From a virus, in IMG/VR virus record IMGVR_UViG_3300008267_000025, positions 1-64,000 of that record: a DNA stretch of 64,000 nt; one strand, given 5' to 3'. The notes below the pieces were generated by a model that saw only the letters and a list, made by a program, of their open reading frames with translations, did no database searches and was not told where the DNA came from. Made by a program: the position numbers and the translations under genes. Shown here piece by piece: positions 48,437 through 61,588 of the stretch; positions within the stretch are counted from its first letter, which is position 1; every line of letters starts with the position of its first letter.

Positions 48437-49110
48437 TTAATTTTAGTCCTGAAACCAAAAAACAATTAATTGACTTATATCATGAAAAAAGTATAGGTTT
48501 AGAAGGTAATATATTAAAATTAATCAATACTGAAAATGATAAAGATTTTTCAAAATACATTAAAAAATGTATTGATAATGATAAATCTAACCGAAGAAAA
48601 AGACTTGATGTAACAAAAAAAATACAAAGTCAGAATAATGAATTGATTTCATTAAATGATGAAAATAAACGTATTCTTGATGAACTACAAGTAAGTCTGA
48701 CTAATACCGAAAATTCTAAAACTCAAATTGAAGAACAAAATAACGAATTATTGTCTTGGAAAGAAAAAAATGAACAAATTCAAAACGAGTTACAAGAAGA
48801 AATGAAGAAATCTGAAATTGCTCGTTCTGAAGCCGAAAACTCTAAAGAAATCGCATTAAATAATTTAGATGTTTTACAGAAAAAAATTCAAACTCAACTA
48901 ATGGGTAAAATAGTTTTAGTAGCGTTAGGGGTTATTGGGTTTGTCGGATTAACAACTACCATATTATATGTTATTTCAATAGTTTTGGGAAAAGAAACTG
49001 AAAATATCGGAACCGCTTGGTTCAATATATGTGGGATTTTATTAACTAACGCTTTTAGTATTGTTGGTACTATTATGGGTGTTAAGTATAGTAGTAACGA
49101 GAAACCATAA
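48433..49110 (+). CDS. coiled-coil protein with two C-terminal TM helices
   Basis: long heptad region then two hydrophobic segments; ATGA overlap with regulator. Confidence 0.8.
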   Translation: MINFSPETKKQLIDLYHEKSIGLEGNILKLINTENDKDFSKYIKKCIDNDKSNRRKRLDVTKKIQSQNNELISLNDENKRILDELQVSLTNTENSKTQIEEQNNELLSWKEKNEQIQNELQEEMKKSEIARSEAENSKEIALNNLDVLQKKIQTQLMGKIVLVALGVIGFVGLTTTILYVISIVLGKETENIGTAWFNICGILLTNAFSIVGTIMGVKYSSNEKP

Positions 49111-49266
49111 TTACTTTCTTCTTTTATCAGGTTTATGTTTTATTTCAACCTCATAAGGGTTAGTTAAACTTATATCACTATTAAATTTCCAAATAGTAAT
49201 ACTATATTCATTTTCAAATTTACGTTCCCATTTTTTAATTTGGACATTTGATGTGTTTTTTCCCAT
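49111..49266 (-). CDS. hypothetical protein (51 aa)
   Basis: MGKNTSNVQIKKWERKFENE; TATATTTG plus 4 nt before ATG. Confidence 0.55.
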   Translation of the reverse strand: MGKNTSNVQIKKWERKFENEYSITIWKFNSDISLTNPYEVEIKHKPDKRRK

Positions 49267-49380
49267 GGAACAAATATAGAAAAAATCATTTAATTTAACA
49301 AACTGTCATTTTGTCATATATTGACTAATGGTATGATTTTTACTATACTTTCGGTAAATAAACAAAATAAAAATTTATAA

Positions 49381-52692
<3,312 letters not shown>

Positions 52693-52761
52693 TTAAATAA
52701 AAACCTTGGGGAAACTCAAGGTTTTTTTGTTTTATCAAAAATAATTTCATATATTTGTCAT

Positions 52762-53316
52762 ATGAAATTATTATTAAGTTTATTAGTCATTTTAACTACA
52801 GTTGGTTTTTCACAAAAACCTAGTGATACTATAGATTATAGTAAAATTAATATTAAATTATTAACTGAACTCATTACTAAAAAATGTGACGTAAAACGAG
52901 TTGAACTCGGTAATCTTCCTTTAGTTTATAATAAAATCGCCTATGAATCTGCGAAATATCAATCTGATTGTTTATCTGAAAAAAATATTGGGATAAGTCA
53001 TGAAAATAAGATACAACATAATAATGTTTTGTTACAAACACCTACAGACAGGGTTGATTTTTTTAATAAAAAAAATAAAACTGATTTTAGTTTTACAGGT
53101 GAAATAATAGGTCTTTTTTATTTAAGTGGTGAAACTTATAATTCTTTATCGGATTTAATTATTGACGATTTTATGAATTCTGATAGACATAGATTTATAA
53201 TGACAAAAATTAAAACATCCAATAATATCAAACGTTATGGTGCTTTTGCTGTATCTTATAATGTAATCGATAAATCCGTATATGTAACAGGTGTTTTCAC
53301 ATCAAAATACGAATAA
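52762..53316 (+). CDS. secreted CAP/SCP-domain protein
   Basis: signal peptide; AKYQS..ISH, GEII, FMNSDRHR. Confidence 0.75.
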   Translation: MKLLLSLLVILTTVGFSQKPSDTIDYSKINIKLLTELITKKCDVKRVELGNLPLVYNKIAYESAKYQSDCLSEKNIGISHENKIQHNNVLLQTPTDRVDFFNKKNKTDFSFTGEIIGLFYLSGETYNSLSDLIIDDFMNSDRHRFIMTKIKTSNNIKRYGAFAVSYNVIDKSVYVTGVFTSKYE

Positions 53317-53353
53317 TATTTTTTTATTGGGAAACATTTCATAAATTTGTTAT

Positions 53354-53950
53354 ATGAAGACAATTAACTTAATTTTTTCATTAATTTCAATAGTTTGTTA
53401 TTCTCAAACTAAAAATGATGTTGTTGATTTCAAACACCTGAATGTTGAATTGTTTAATAAAACAATCTTTGACGAATGTAATAAAGTTAGAAAAGAAAAT
53501 GGTGTAAAACCTTTAGTCTATGACAAAATATGTTCATATAGTGCCAATTATCAATCCGAATATATGTCAAATTTTAGTGTTTTATCACATAGAAACACTA
53601 ATGTTTTTAAATCACAATTACTACATAATGTAGGGGAAAGATTTGAGTTTTTCTATAAAAAATATAATGAAAAAAGATTTTATGTTATGACGGCTGAGAT
53701 ATGTACTGTATTTGAGAAAGTAACAACAATAAATTACGTAGGTATTAACACTAAAACATATCAAAATTATGCTGAAGAAATTATTAAAGGTTTTTTGAAT
53801 TCTAAATATCACAAAATCGCAATGTTATTTGATGATGTTGATTATATTATTTACGGTAGTTTTAATGTTTGTTATAATCAAAACACAGATAATATGTACA
53901 CAACCGGCGTTATTAACCCTTGTCCTACATCTACAAATATGGGTGAATAA
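53354..53950 (+). CDS. secreted CAP/SCP-domain protein
   Basis: signal peptide; NKVR.ENG..PL, LSH, AEI, FLNSKYH. Confidence 0.75.
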   Translation: MKTINLIFSLISIVCYSQTKNDVVDFKHLNVELFNKTIFDECNKVRKENGVKPLVYDKICSYSANYQSEYMSNFSVLSHRNTNVFKSQLLHNVGERFEFFYKKYNEKRFYVMTAEICTVFEKVTTINYVGINTKTYQNYAEEIIKGFLNSKYHKIAMLFDDVDYIIYGSFNVCYNQNTDNMYTTGVINPCPTSTNMGE

Positions 53951-53972
53951 TTAACTAAACACGTTTTGTTAT

Positions 53973-54637
53973 ATGGAAGTTATAAAAATAATTTTAATCT
54001 TATGTTTACTACAAATAATTGGGTATTCTCAATTAACGATGGGGTCTTACACTGTTAAAGTTAAAAATGATAAAAATCAAATAATTAATGAATTGATTAC
54101 TGATAGACTTGACAGTATTTTTGAATCTGAAAAAAAAAAGGAATTTGTAGAGTAAAAATTAATAAAAATTTGGATTTGAAAAAAATTGAGGAGAAGTTTA
54201 CTAAACTTTACCTTAATTACCAAGATAGTGTGTTTAATCGTAAAAAAGAATATTGTGAATTTTTAGATAGTCTAAGTTATTGTCAAATAAATTATTTAGT
54301 TAAACAAGGAGAAATAACTCACGAACAAACTAATAACGATTTAAAAACAATTGGTTTAAGATTTAGGTATTATTATGAAATAAATCCTAATTTAGGATTT
54401 GCCGAAATTTTAGTTCGTATGTCAACAGGAACTGATGAAAGCAATATCGCTAAATCAGCGTTTAGAATTTTTATGAATTCTAAATCACATAAATCGATAA
54501 TTGACGAAGAAAAACTTAATTATTTTAATTTTAAATTCAAATACAATTTAAATGGTGATATAATTGGTATTGGAACTTTTTCCACAGAAAAAGTTAATTA
54601 CGTTAAATTTAACACAAATAAAAAAAGAAAAAATTAA
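53973..54637 (+). pseudogene. CAP-domain gene split by a -1 frameshift at A10G (53973-54155 and 54131-54637)
   Basis: signal peptide in first frame; second frame open from the poly-A; ITHEQ, AEI, FMNSKSH. Confidence 0.6.
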
Positions 54638-54685
54638 GTAAAAAAAACGTTTTGTATAATTAATGATATTTCGTATATTTGTTAT

Positions 54686-55246
54686 ATGAAAACAAATATA
54701 TTTATTACTTTTTTTATCGTATTAACTACAATTGGTTTTTCACAAAAACCTACAGATACTATAGATTATAGTAAAATTAATATTAAATTATTAACGGAAC
54801 TCATTACTAAAAAATGTGATACCAAACGAGTAGAATTAGGTAATGAACCTTTAAAATATGATAAAGTTGCGTATGATGCTGCTAAGTACCAATCTGATTA
54901 TTTATCTGTTAAAAATTTTAGAATAAGTCATGAAAATTCTATACCACATAATAATATTTTATTGAGAACCCCCACCGATAGAGTTGATTTTTTTAATAAT
55001 AAAAATAAGAGTAATTCTGATTTTGATGGAGAAATAATTTGTCAAATAAAAAATATAGAACTAACGTATGATTCGTTATCAACGATAGTTATTCAAAGTT
55101 TTATGAATTCAGAACACCATCGATTTATCATGACACAAATAACACCTTTTGAGAATATTAAATGTTATGGTGCGTTTGGTGTTAATTATAATTATATAAC
55201 CAAAACATTATATGTTACAGGTGTTTTTACATCTAAATATGAATAA
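54686..55246 (+). CDS. secreted CAP/SCP-domain protein
   Basis: close paralogue of 52762; FMNSEHHR. Confidence 0.75.
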   Translation: MKTNIFITFFIVLTTIGFSQKPTDTIDYSKINIKLLTELITKKCDTKRVELGNEPLKYDKVAYDAAKYQSDYLSVKNFRISHENSIPHNNILLRTPTDRVDFFNNKNKSNSDFDGEIICQIKNIELTYDSLSTIVIQSFMNSEHHRFIMTQITPFENIKCYGAFGVNYNYITKTLYVTGVFTSKYE

Positions 55247-55249
55247 TAA

Positions 55250-56407
55250 TTATAATTTTGATAACGAGAACTGAAGTAACGCGATATAATCATAACCATT
55301 ATTTTGTCCTATAGATACAAGTCTACCTTTACTTATAAAATCGGTTGTACTTTCCGCTGAAACATCATAACCCATTTCAGATGAAGGTAAAAAATCACCA
55401 AATGAAATATTATTAATAAATAATTCATCATTTATTATTTTACCTTTACACTTAATAGAACCATTTAATCCTGACTTACCATATGAAGGTAAAATACCCT
55501 TTTCAATATAACCTTTTTCGTCTATTAATTTAGTTGATACTGCCGCTATTGATGACTTACCTGAATTAATATAAACCGCCGGTAATTTTTCACCACCATA
55601 CTGAGTTAAATCAATAAACGATTCAATATCCGATTTTGTAATAGAATTACGGTTATTTATTTTATCTTGTTCATTTGGTGTTTTGATATAATCAATAACT
55701 ATTGATATTTTTTTATAATCAAAACCTCTTTTAGAACTATCACCGTAATGATTTATTGTTTTATATTTAATTTTTTCTGATATATCGAGACCTAAAGAAT
55801 TATTAATTTCTGTAATAATCATTTTACCAATCACTTTAGCTCTATTTTCTGCCAAATATTGGTTCATTTGTTTTTTATCTTTAATACCTCCATAAGGGGT
55901 TGAATCTCCAACTAAATTATGGTCTAATGATGAAAATCCTTTAGGTATATCTAACGTTGGTGTTGCCGAATCAGCTTCACCTGTTATAGTAATTTCCTTA
56001 ATATCATCTAAATTTTTATTGGATAAAAAAATTATTAATTTATCGATAAATTCTTGATATTTTTTTTTGGCTTCCGGAAAATTACTAAATTTAGGTGATA
56101 TCATATTGTCAGGATATGGGAATCCATTTTTAGATAATGTTAATTCTGGTAAGACGTTGTTTTCTTTTTTAATTACTTGGGTAAGTCTAATTGCCGTTGT
56201 TTTACTAGTTAAAGTATATTTTTGACCGTTATACCCAACATTTTCAGCGTAACGACCATATGGATTACTAAAATCAACATCACCTTTATTATTACCTTTC
56301 CAATTTGGAGATTCATATTTTTGTTCACTAATTACAACACCTCGTTTATGTGATGTTAGATATAACATTCTCCCAATTTCTTCATTAATGATATTTTTCA
56401 TATTCAA
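55250..56407 (-). CDS. leader-bearing hypothetical protein, possible OmpA-like peptidoglycan-binding region
   Basis: NEEIGRMLYL...GVVISEQ leader; ITITGEAD...NQYLAENRA. Confidence 0.6.
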   Translation of the reverse strand: MNMKNIINEEIGRMLYLTSHKRGVVISEQKYESPNWKGNNKGDVDFSNPYGRYAENVGYNGQKYTLTSKTTAIRLTQVIKKENNVLPELTLSKNGFPYPDNMISPKFSNFPEAKKKYQEFIDKLIIFLSNKNLDDIKEITITGEADSATPTLDIPKGFSSLDHNLVGDSTPYGGIKDKKQMNQYLAENRAKVIGKMIITEINNSLGLDISEKIKYKTINHYGDSSKRGFDYKKISIVIDYIKTPNEQDKINNRNSITKSDIESFIDLTQYGGEKLPAVYINSGKSSIAAVSTKLIDEKGYIEKGILPSYGKSGLNGSIKCKGKIINDELFINNISFGDFLPSSEMGYDVSAESTTDFISKGRLVSIGQNNGYDYIALLQFSLSKL

Positions 56408-56442
56408 TTTTTTTGTTATTTATAAATATATTGATATTAAAT

Positions 56443-56502
56443 AAAAAAGGGGACAGTAGCGAACCTCCCCTCTTCTTGTTACCGAAACGGTAACGGTCCT
56501 AA
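56443..56502 (-). terminator. terminator with upstream hairpin, candidate attenuator
   Basis: minus strand GGACC-GTTACCG-TTT-CGGTAAC...AGGGGA..TCCCCT-TTTTT. Confidence 0.55.
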
Positions 56503-56511
56503 TTGGATATC

Positions 56512-57036
56512 TTATTTACCTTTTAATAGGTTTAAACATTGTTTTAAATATTCTTTAGCTCTTGGTGATGGAGTAAATTCATCATCTTGAGTTTGAATAT
56601 TCAATATTTTCTCAATATCTTTAACTAATTCAGTGCCATGTTCATTTTCTTTATACAGGTCAATTATTTTGTCCATGGCTTTATGACAATTACCGGTTGT
56701 TTCATCAAAATAATTTTTATTTCTAAATTTATTAAGATGGTTTAACATTTCATATGATAAATGGTTACCACCATCAGAAATTGATTTAAACAATCTTAAA
56801 TTATTTAGTATACCTAAAGTATCAACTAATGAATTAACACCTGATTTTCTTTTAGTAACACCGTTAGAATACTGATAAAATTCACCGGCTTTACCAACTA
56901 AATCATCTAACCCAACGGTATTTGTTGTTAAACATCTTTGTTTTTCACCTTCACTTGGTTTAGGTGATGATTGTTCAAGTAAATATTCCCTAATTTTCTT
57001 ACGAAGTTTTTCTTCGTTAATAATATATTTTTTCAT
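56512..57036 (-). CDS. leader-bearing hypothetical protein
   Basis: MKKYIINEEKLRKKIREYLLEQ. Confidence 0.75.
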   Translation of the reverse strand: MKKYIINEEKLRKKIREYLLEQSSPKPSEGEKQRCLTTNTVGLDDLVGKAGEFYQYSNGVTKRKSGVNSLVDTLGILNNLRLFKSISDGGNHLSYEMLNHLNKFRNKNYFDETTGNCHKAMDKIIDLYKENEHGTELVKDIEKILNIQTQDDEFTPSPRAKEYLKQCLNLLKGK

Positions 57037-57087
57037 TTGTAAGATATATTTTATTTTATAAATATAACTATATTCACAAATATGAAG

Positions 57088-57282
57088 TTAATTTTCATTT
57101 TCGGTATTATATAAATGTTTTGTATTTAATAACCAAATATCAAAAATTAATAAATAAATCCACCAAGTTAATATATCTAAACTATGTGTTAATGGATAAA
57201 AATGTGTTAAATATAAAAGTGTTAGTACTTTATATATTAGGTATAAATGCCAAATCAAACTTATAAATTTCAGTATTCTCAT
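57088..57282 (-). CDS. small membrane protein
   Basis: hydrophobic 64-aa ORF. Confidence 0.5.
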   Translation of the reverse strand: MRILKFISLIWHLYLIYKVLTLLYLTHFYPLTHSLDILTWWIYLLIFDIWLLNTKHLYNTENEN

Positions 57283-57321
57283 AACACAAATATAAGATAT
57301 TTATATTATAAAATCATAACA

Positions 57322-58308
57322 ATGGATATAAAAAAAATAATTGAGAACGCTATATTAGAATCTAAAAAAGATGATAGATGTACAAGACTAGCAAAACAAA
57401 AATATGATGTTTGGCCATCGGCATATGCTTCAGGTGCAGTTGTTAAATGCCGTAAAGGTAAAATTTGGAAAAAAAAGAAGAAACTTGATGAAACTAAAAA
57501 AACTGACTTATCTAAAGAAAATGAAGAAGGGTTACATGGTTGGTTTTCAAGACAAGGTGCTAAAGGTAAAACAAAAGGTTGGGTTGACTGTAATACATGT
57601 AGAACTGATAAGGATGGTAAAAAAAATTGTAAACCTTGTGGTAGAAGTGAAGGTGAAGATAGGAAAAAATATCCGGCATGTAGACCAACACCATCCGCAT
57701 GTAAAACTGAAGGTAAAGGTGATAAATGGGGTAAAAAAATGAAAATGGAAAGTATTGATGGGTTACAAGTATCTGAAGAATTACAATATCATATTGATAA
57801 TAATATTTCATTAAATGAAAATATTTTCAGACCTGGTTCTAAAAAGTTTTTTGATTTAATTAACGAGGTTAGAACACTATATAATAATGATTTAATATCA
57901 CTAAACGAAGATGACACTTGGATTGTTGAATCTGATTTAGGAAGAATTGTTATTTTAGAAAATGGTGAAAAAGTTATGTTAGACTTACCTTACGAATTAA
58001 AAGAAAATATTAATGAATCAGAATATAAAGGTAAGAATGTTAAGTTAAACACTCCAATGAGGGGTGGAGCTAAAAAATATTATGTTTATGTTAAAAACCC
58101 AAGTACCGGAAATGTGAAAAAAATTAGTTTTGGTGATAAACACGGTGGGTTAACCGCTAAAGTTTCTAACCCTGAAGCTAGAAAGTCTTTCGCGGCTAGA
58201 CATAATTGTAAAGATAAAAAAGATAAAACAAAAGCCGGATATTGGGCTTGTAGATTACCAAGATTCTCTAACTTATGGGGACGAGTAATCTCTAACTCAT
58301 ATTGGTAA
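57322..58308 (+). CDS. basic Cys-rich multidomain phage protein
   Basis: WPSAYASG, YPACRPT, ARKSFAARHNC...AGYWAC; start MDIKKIIENAILES. Confidence 0.75.
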   Translation: MDIKKIIENAILESKKDDRCTRLAKQKYDVWPSAYASGAVVKCRKGKIWKKKKKLDETKKTDLSKENEEGLHGWFSRQGAKGKTKGWVDCNTCRTDKDGKKNCKPCGRSEGEDRKKYPACRPTPSACKTEGKGDKWGKKMKMESIDGLQVSEELQYHIDNNISLNENIFRPGSKKFFDLINEVRTLYNNDLISLNEDDTWIVESDLGRIVILENGEKVMLDLPYELKENINESEYKGKNVKLNTPMRGGAKKYYVYVKNPSTGNVKKISFGDKHGGLTAKVSNPEARKSFAARHNCKDKKDKTKAGYWACRLPRFSNLWGRVISNSYW

Positions 58309-58323
58309 AATTAAAGAAATATT

Positions 58324-58596
58324 ATGGAAAAGAAATTACCATTTGATGAACACACATTAGATAATAGAAAAATCAGAATTTTCAATGAAAATATCGATTC
58401 TGAAGAACTTAAATGGCATAGAGATAGAGAAGAACGTTTAATCGAAGTTATTTCGGGAAATGGTTGGAAATTACAATTAGATAATGAATTACCAAAAGAG
58501 TTAACCCCCGGTGAAAAATATATTATTCCTGAAGGTGTTTATCATAGAGTTATTAAAGGTAATACTAATTTAAAAATTGTAGTAACTTTTCTATAA
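58324..58596 (+). CDS. cupin-like protein
   Basis: WHRDREER...IPEGVYHRVIKG. Confidence 0.7.
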   Translation: MEKKLPFDEHTLDNRKIRIFNENIDSEELKWHRDREERLIEVISGNGWKLQLDNELPKELTPGEKYIIPEGVYHRVIKGNTNLKIVVTFL

Positions 58597-58682
58597 AAAA
58601 AACATTAAAAAATTATGGTATTTAATTGAAGCCATGTATAATTTACAATACATGGCTTTTGTTATTTTAATAATTAAAATTT

Positions 58683-59708
58683 TCATTTAGTATATCGTTT
58701 TAACGCATTTTCTGAAATGAATACAGTTCTACTTTCTTTAAACTCTTCCAAAGTTTTTGAGTTAGTATATGACATTGCCGATTTTAAATAGTCAGAAAAA
58801 TTCTCAATCCAAGAATCTAATTTATATTCTATCTTATTCGTCTTAGTAATACCTTCTGATGTTGTTATTTTTGTTTTACCCCATTTTCTTTGTACGTCTT
58901 TAGTTGACATACCTCTGAATTTTTTAGTCATATACTTTCGTAAAAATGGGTAATTATTCCAAATTTTATTAGACATCTCATGACTAATCGGAATTATTTT
59001 AAATAAATTTGTTTTACTACAAGATTCCAATGATTTGTTTAATGTACCACCTAACATAATATAATCAGCACCTAAAGCAAGTGCTTTTATAATATCATCA
59101 TAATTTTTAAAACCACCATCGGCAACTATTTTGGTTTTATAACCACCTAGTTTTTTTATCTCATAACATTCACTGATTAAAGACGCCATTGGATAATGTA
59201 TTCCGGTGTGAACTGAAGTTAAACAACCTGAACCACCACCAATACCGGTTCTTACATAATCAACACCAATCTGACAGAACTTTTCAAATGTTTTGGGATT
59301 TGCGATATTACCAACCATTAATTTATGGTTTTCGTTTTTTAAATTAACAAATTTTTCACATAAATTATGTAATTTTTCCATATGACCATTTGCAACATCG
59401 ACCAATATATTGATATCATCATCAATAATATTATCCTCATACCAACCGACAAAAACTTCGAATTCATCTAATGATAGTGAATTGAAATTATCTTTATTGT
59501 CGTGATTAACTCCTCTTGGTAAACAAACTAACAAATTTTGTTTAATGAATACATCACAATTATCTTCATCGACTACAGTATCCATAGGTGATACAATAAT
59601 CGGTAACTTATTTTCTTCTGTGAAAATATTAACCTCATTTCTTGAGTTAATTGAAGATATTATTTCTGGTACTATTGTTATGTCTTTAAAATCAAATTTT
59701 TGATTCAT
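58683..59708 (-). CDS. guaC: GMP reductase / IMPDH-family enzyme
   Basis: SPMDTV, DVANGH, GIGGGSGCLT, ADGG, FRGMS, SEG; no CBS domains. Confidence 0.75.
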   Translation of the reverse strand: MNQKFDFKDITIVPEIISSINSRNEVNIFTEENKLPIIVSPMDTVVDEDNCDVFIKQNLLVCLPRGVNHDNKDNFNSLSLDEFEVFVGWYEDNIIDDDINILVDVANGHMEKLHNLCEKFVNLKNENHKLMVGNIANPKTFEKFCQIGVDYVRTGIGGGSGCLTSVHTGIHYPMASLISECYEIKKLGGYKTKIVADGGFKNYDDIIKALALGADYIMLGGTLNKSLESCSKTNLFKIIPISHEMSNKIWNNYPFLRKYMTKKFRGMSTKDVQRKWGKTKITTSEGITKTNKIEYKLDSWIENFSDYLKSAMSYTNSKTLEEFKESRTVFISENALKRYTK

Positions 59709-59856
59709 GTTCTTCAGATTCTTTAAATTTTAAAATTTGTTGTTTAACTAATTGTAAAGTGGCATATGCCACCATTTCAGCACCTTGAATATTTTCATCA
59801 GGGAACTTATCAAGTTCTTCTTCAATCCAAGTTAGGATTTTACTGTAACACTTCAT
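59692..59856 (-). CDS. hypothetical protein (54 aa)
   Basis: MKCYSKILTWIEEELDKF; overlaps both neighbours. Confidence 0.55.
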   Translation of the reverse strand: MKCYSKILTWIEEELDKFPDENIQGAEMVAYATLQLVKQQILKFKESEEHESKI

Positions 59857-60253
59857 TACCTTCGATTAATGTATTAACTTTATTTTTAACTCTTTCACTA
59901 ATTGGGATAGGATTACCATCCTCATCAATTCTAACGAAAGTTATGTTGGTTTTCAATACCAAATTTTGTTTTCCTGTATAAACATTATGTGCTCTAGCCT
60001 CCATATAAATTGTTATCGATGTATTACCGATTTTAGATGGAAAACCATATATTTTTAATAATTGGTTCTCTTTGGCCGGTTTTTCAAAGTTACATTTGTC
60101 AATTGAGACTGTTACCATTCTTGGTGTGTCACATAATTGCATAGAGTATCCCGCAGCCGCAGAATCAATCCATTTTAATAGTGAACCACCGAAAAGATTT
60201 CCGTGAAATCCTAAATCAGATTTTTTAATTGGGTGACTAGATATTAATTCCAT
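59840..60253 (-). CDS. acyl-CoA thioesterase (hotdog fold, YciA-like)
   Basis: HGNLFGGSLLKWID, VTVSID..F.KP, TFVRID. Confidence 0.85.
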   Translation of the reverse strand: MELISSHPIKKSDLGFHGNLFGGSLLKWIDSAAAGYSMQLCDTPRMVTVSIDKCNFEKPAKENQLLKIYGFPSKIGNTSITIYMEARAHNVYTGKQNLVLKTNITFVRIDEDGNPIPISERVKNKVNTLIEGNEVLQ

Positions 60254-60311
60254 TTTTTTATGATAAATTTATTAATTATTTTTGTATTTATAATTATATA
60301 AAAAGTAAAAT

Positions 60312-60920
60312 ATGCTTAACGAATTAAATAAAAATAACCATATTAGTGAAGGTAAAATAAATAGACTAGCTATTAGAACAATTATATTTGATATAGTTAA
60401 GTTAATTAAAAATTCATCTGAAGGTAATATTCATTTACCGGATAATAATGATTTAGATTCTGTTTATGAATTCACAAACACTAATTTAACTTTTCCTATT
60501 GAATTAGAATTAAATACTAATGAATTAGTTGGTGGGTTTTATGTTGATGGTGATTATAGTTCGGATGATGATACTATAACATTGGTTATTGAGTATAACC
60601 CAAAAACAATCGGAAAACAATTATATGATTTAATTGGTGAGTTAAATGAAGTCTTAGCTCATGAAATGGAACATTTAAATCAAGAATATCGTGGTGATTT
60701 TGAATTAGGGAATGAACCACCTAAAAATCCTTTAAAGTATTATACTCAAAAACATGAAATCCCCGCACAATATAAAGGATTTAAACGTTTATCAAAACTG
60801 AGAAAATTACCATTAGAGGTGGTTGTTAGAGATTGGTTCGATACTCATAAAGAAATACATCAATTAAAACCTAAAGATGTTGATGTTGTTATCAACCAAA
60901 TTTTACAATACAAAAAATAA
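60312..60920 (+). CDS. HEXXH-containing hypothetical protein
   Basis: LAHEMEH...YY....EIPA. Confidence 0.7.
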   Translation: MLNELNKNNHISEGKINRLAIRTIIFDIVKLIKNSSEGNIHLPDNNDLDSVYEFTNTNLTFPIELELNTNELVGGFYVDGDYSSDDDTITLVIEYNPKTIGKQLYDLIGELNEVLAHEMEHLNQEYRGDFELGNEPPKNPLKYYTQKHEIPAQYKGFKRLSKLRKLPLEVVVRDWFDTHKEIHQLKPKDVDVVINQILQYKK

Positions 60921-61553
60921 TTATTTATTTTTAAATTTCCTAATCATTGAAAGAATCATTTCTTCCAAAAACGAACCTGTATAATTAAGTCCCGCAAACA
61001 CTAAGATACGTTTAATTAGTTCTACAATATCAGTTTCATTTAGATTTAATTCATTAATCAGATTATAGATAATAGGTATAATAGGGATTAGTACAGTGAA
61101 CCCCATAATATTTGCTGTTTTTTTAACACTTACACCTAAGCTTTCAACAAATTCTAAAAAAGAATTTTTAAGATTTTCAGCCGTTGATAGACACTCTTTG
61201 AACGGTTCAACTAATCCATCTTCTTTTATTTTTTTAATTATTTTTTTTAACGGTTCACTATTATCTTTAATATATTGAAATCCAACACCTGCTAAAATTA
61301 AACTAACATTTAAAGGTGTTAGGTCAGGGTATTTACCTTCCAATAATTGGTTTAAAGGTCCCATTAGACCACCAATAGTAGTACTAAATGTTGCTAATAT
61401 AGACAAATCAAATTTTATTTGATTTGATGCGTCTTTTACAATTTTTTTCACTAACGAATCATTTTTAGTCACGATATCTAATATATCTTTATTAGTAGAT
61501 TCTATTAAAATCTTTTTTTGTTGTTTTTCAGTTATTAAAATAGTAGTAATCAT
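60921..61553 (-). CDS. leader-bearing protein with hydrophobic segments
   Basis: ILITEKQQKKILIES. Confidence 0.7.
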   Translation of the reverse strand: MITTILITEKQQKKILIESTNKDILDIVTKNDSLVKKIVKDASNQIKFDLSILATFSTTIGGLMGPLNQLLEGKYPDLTPLNVSLILAGVGFQYIKDNSEPLKKIIKKIKEDGLVEPFKECLSTAENLKNSFLEFVESLGVSVKKTANIMGFTVLIPIIPIIYNLINELNLNETDIVELIKRILVFAGLNYTGSFLEEMILSMIRKFKNK

Positions 61554-61588
61554 ACATATAAATATATTTATACTAAAAATAGTTACTT

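Noticed and set aside
56443-56502. HDV-like or theta ribozyme
   Set aside because: A P1-like pairing exists but no P1.1, P4 or J4/2 follows; the sequence runs straight into a T tract.
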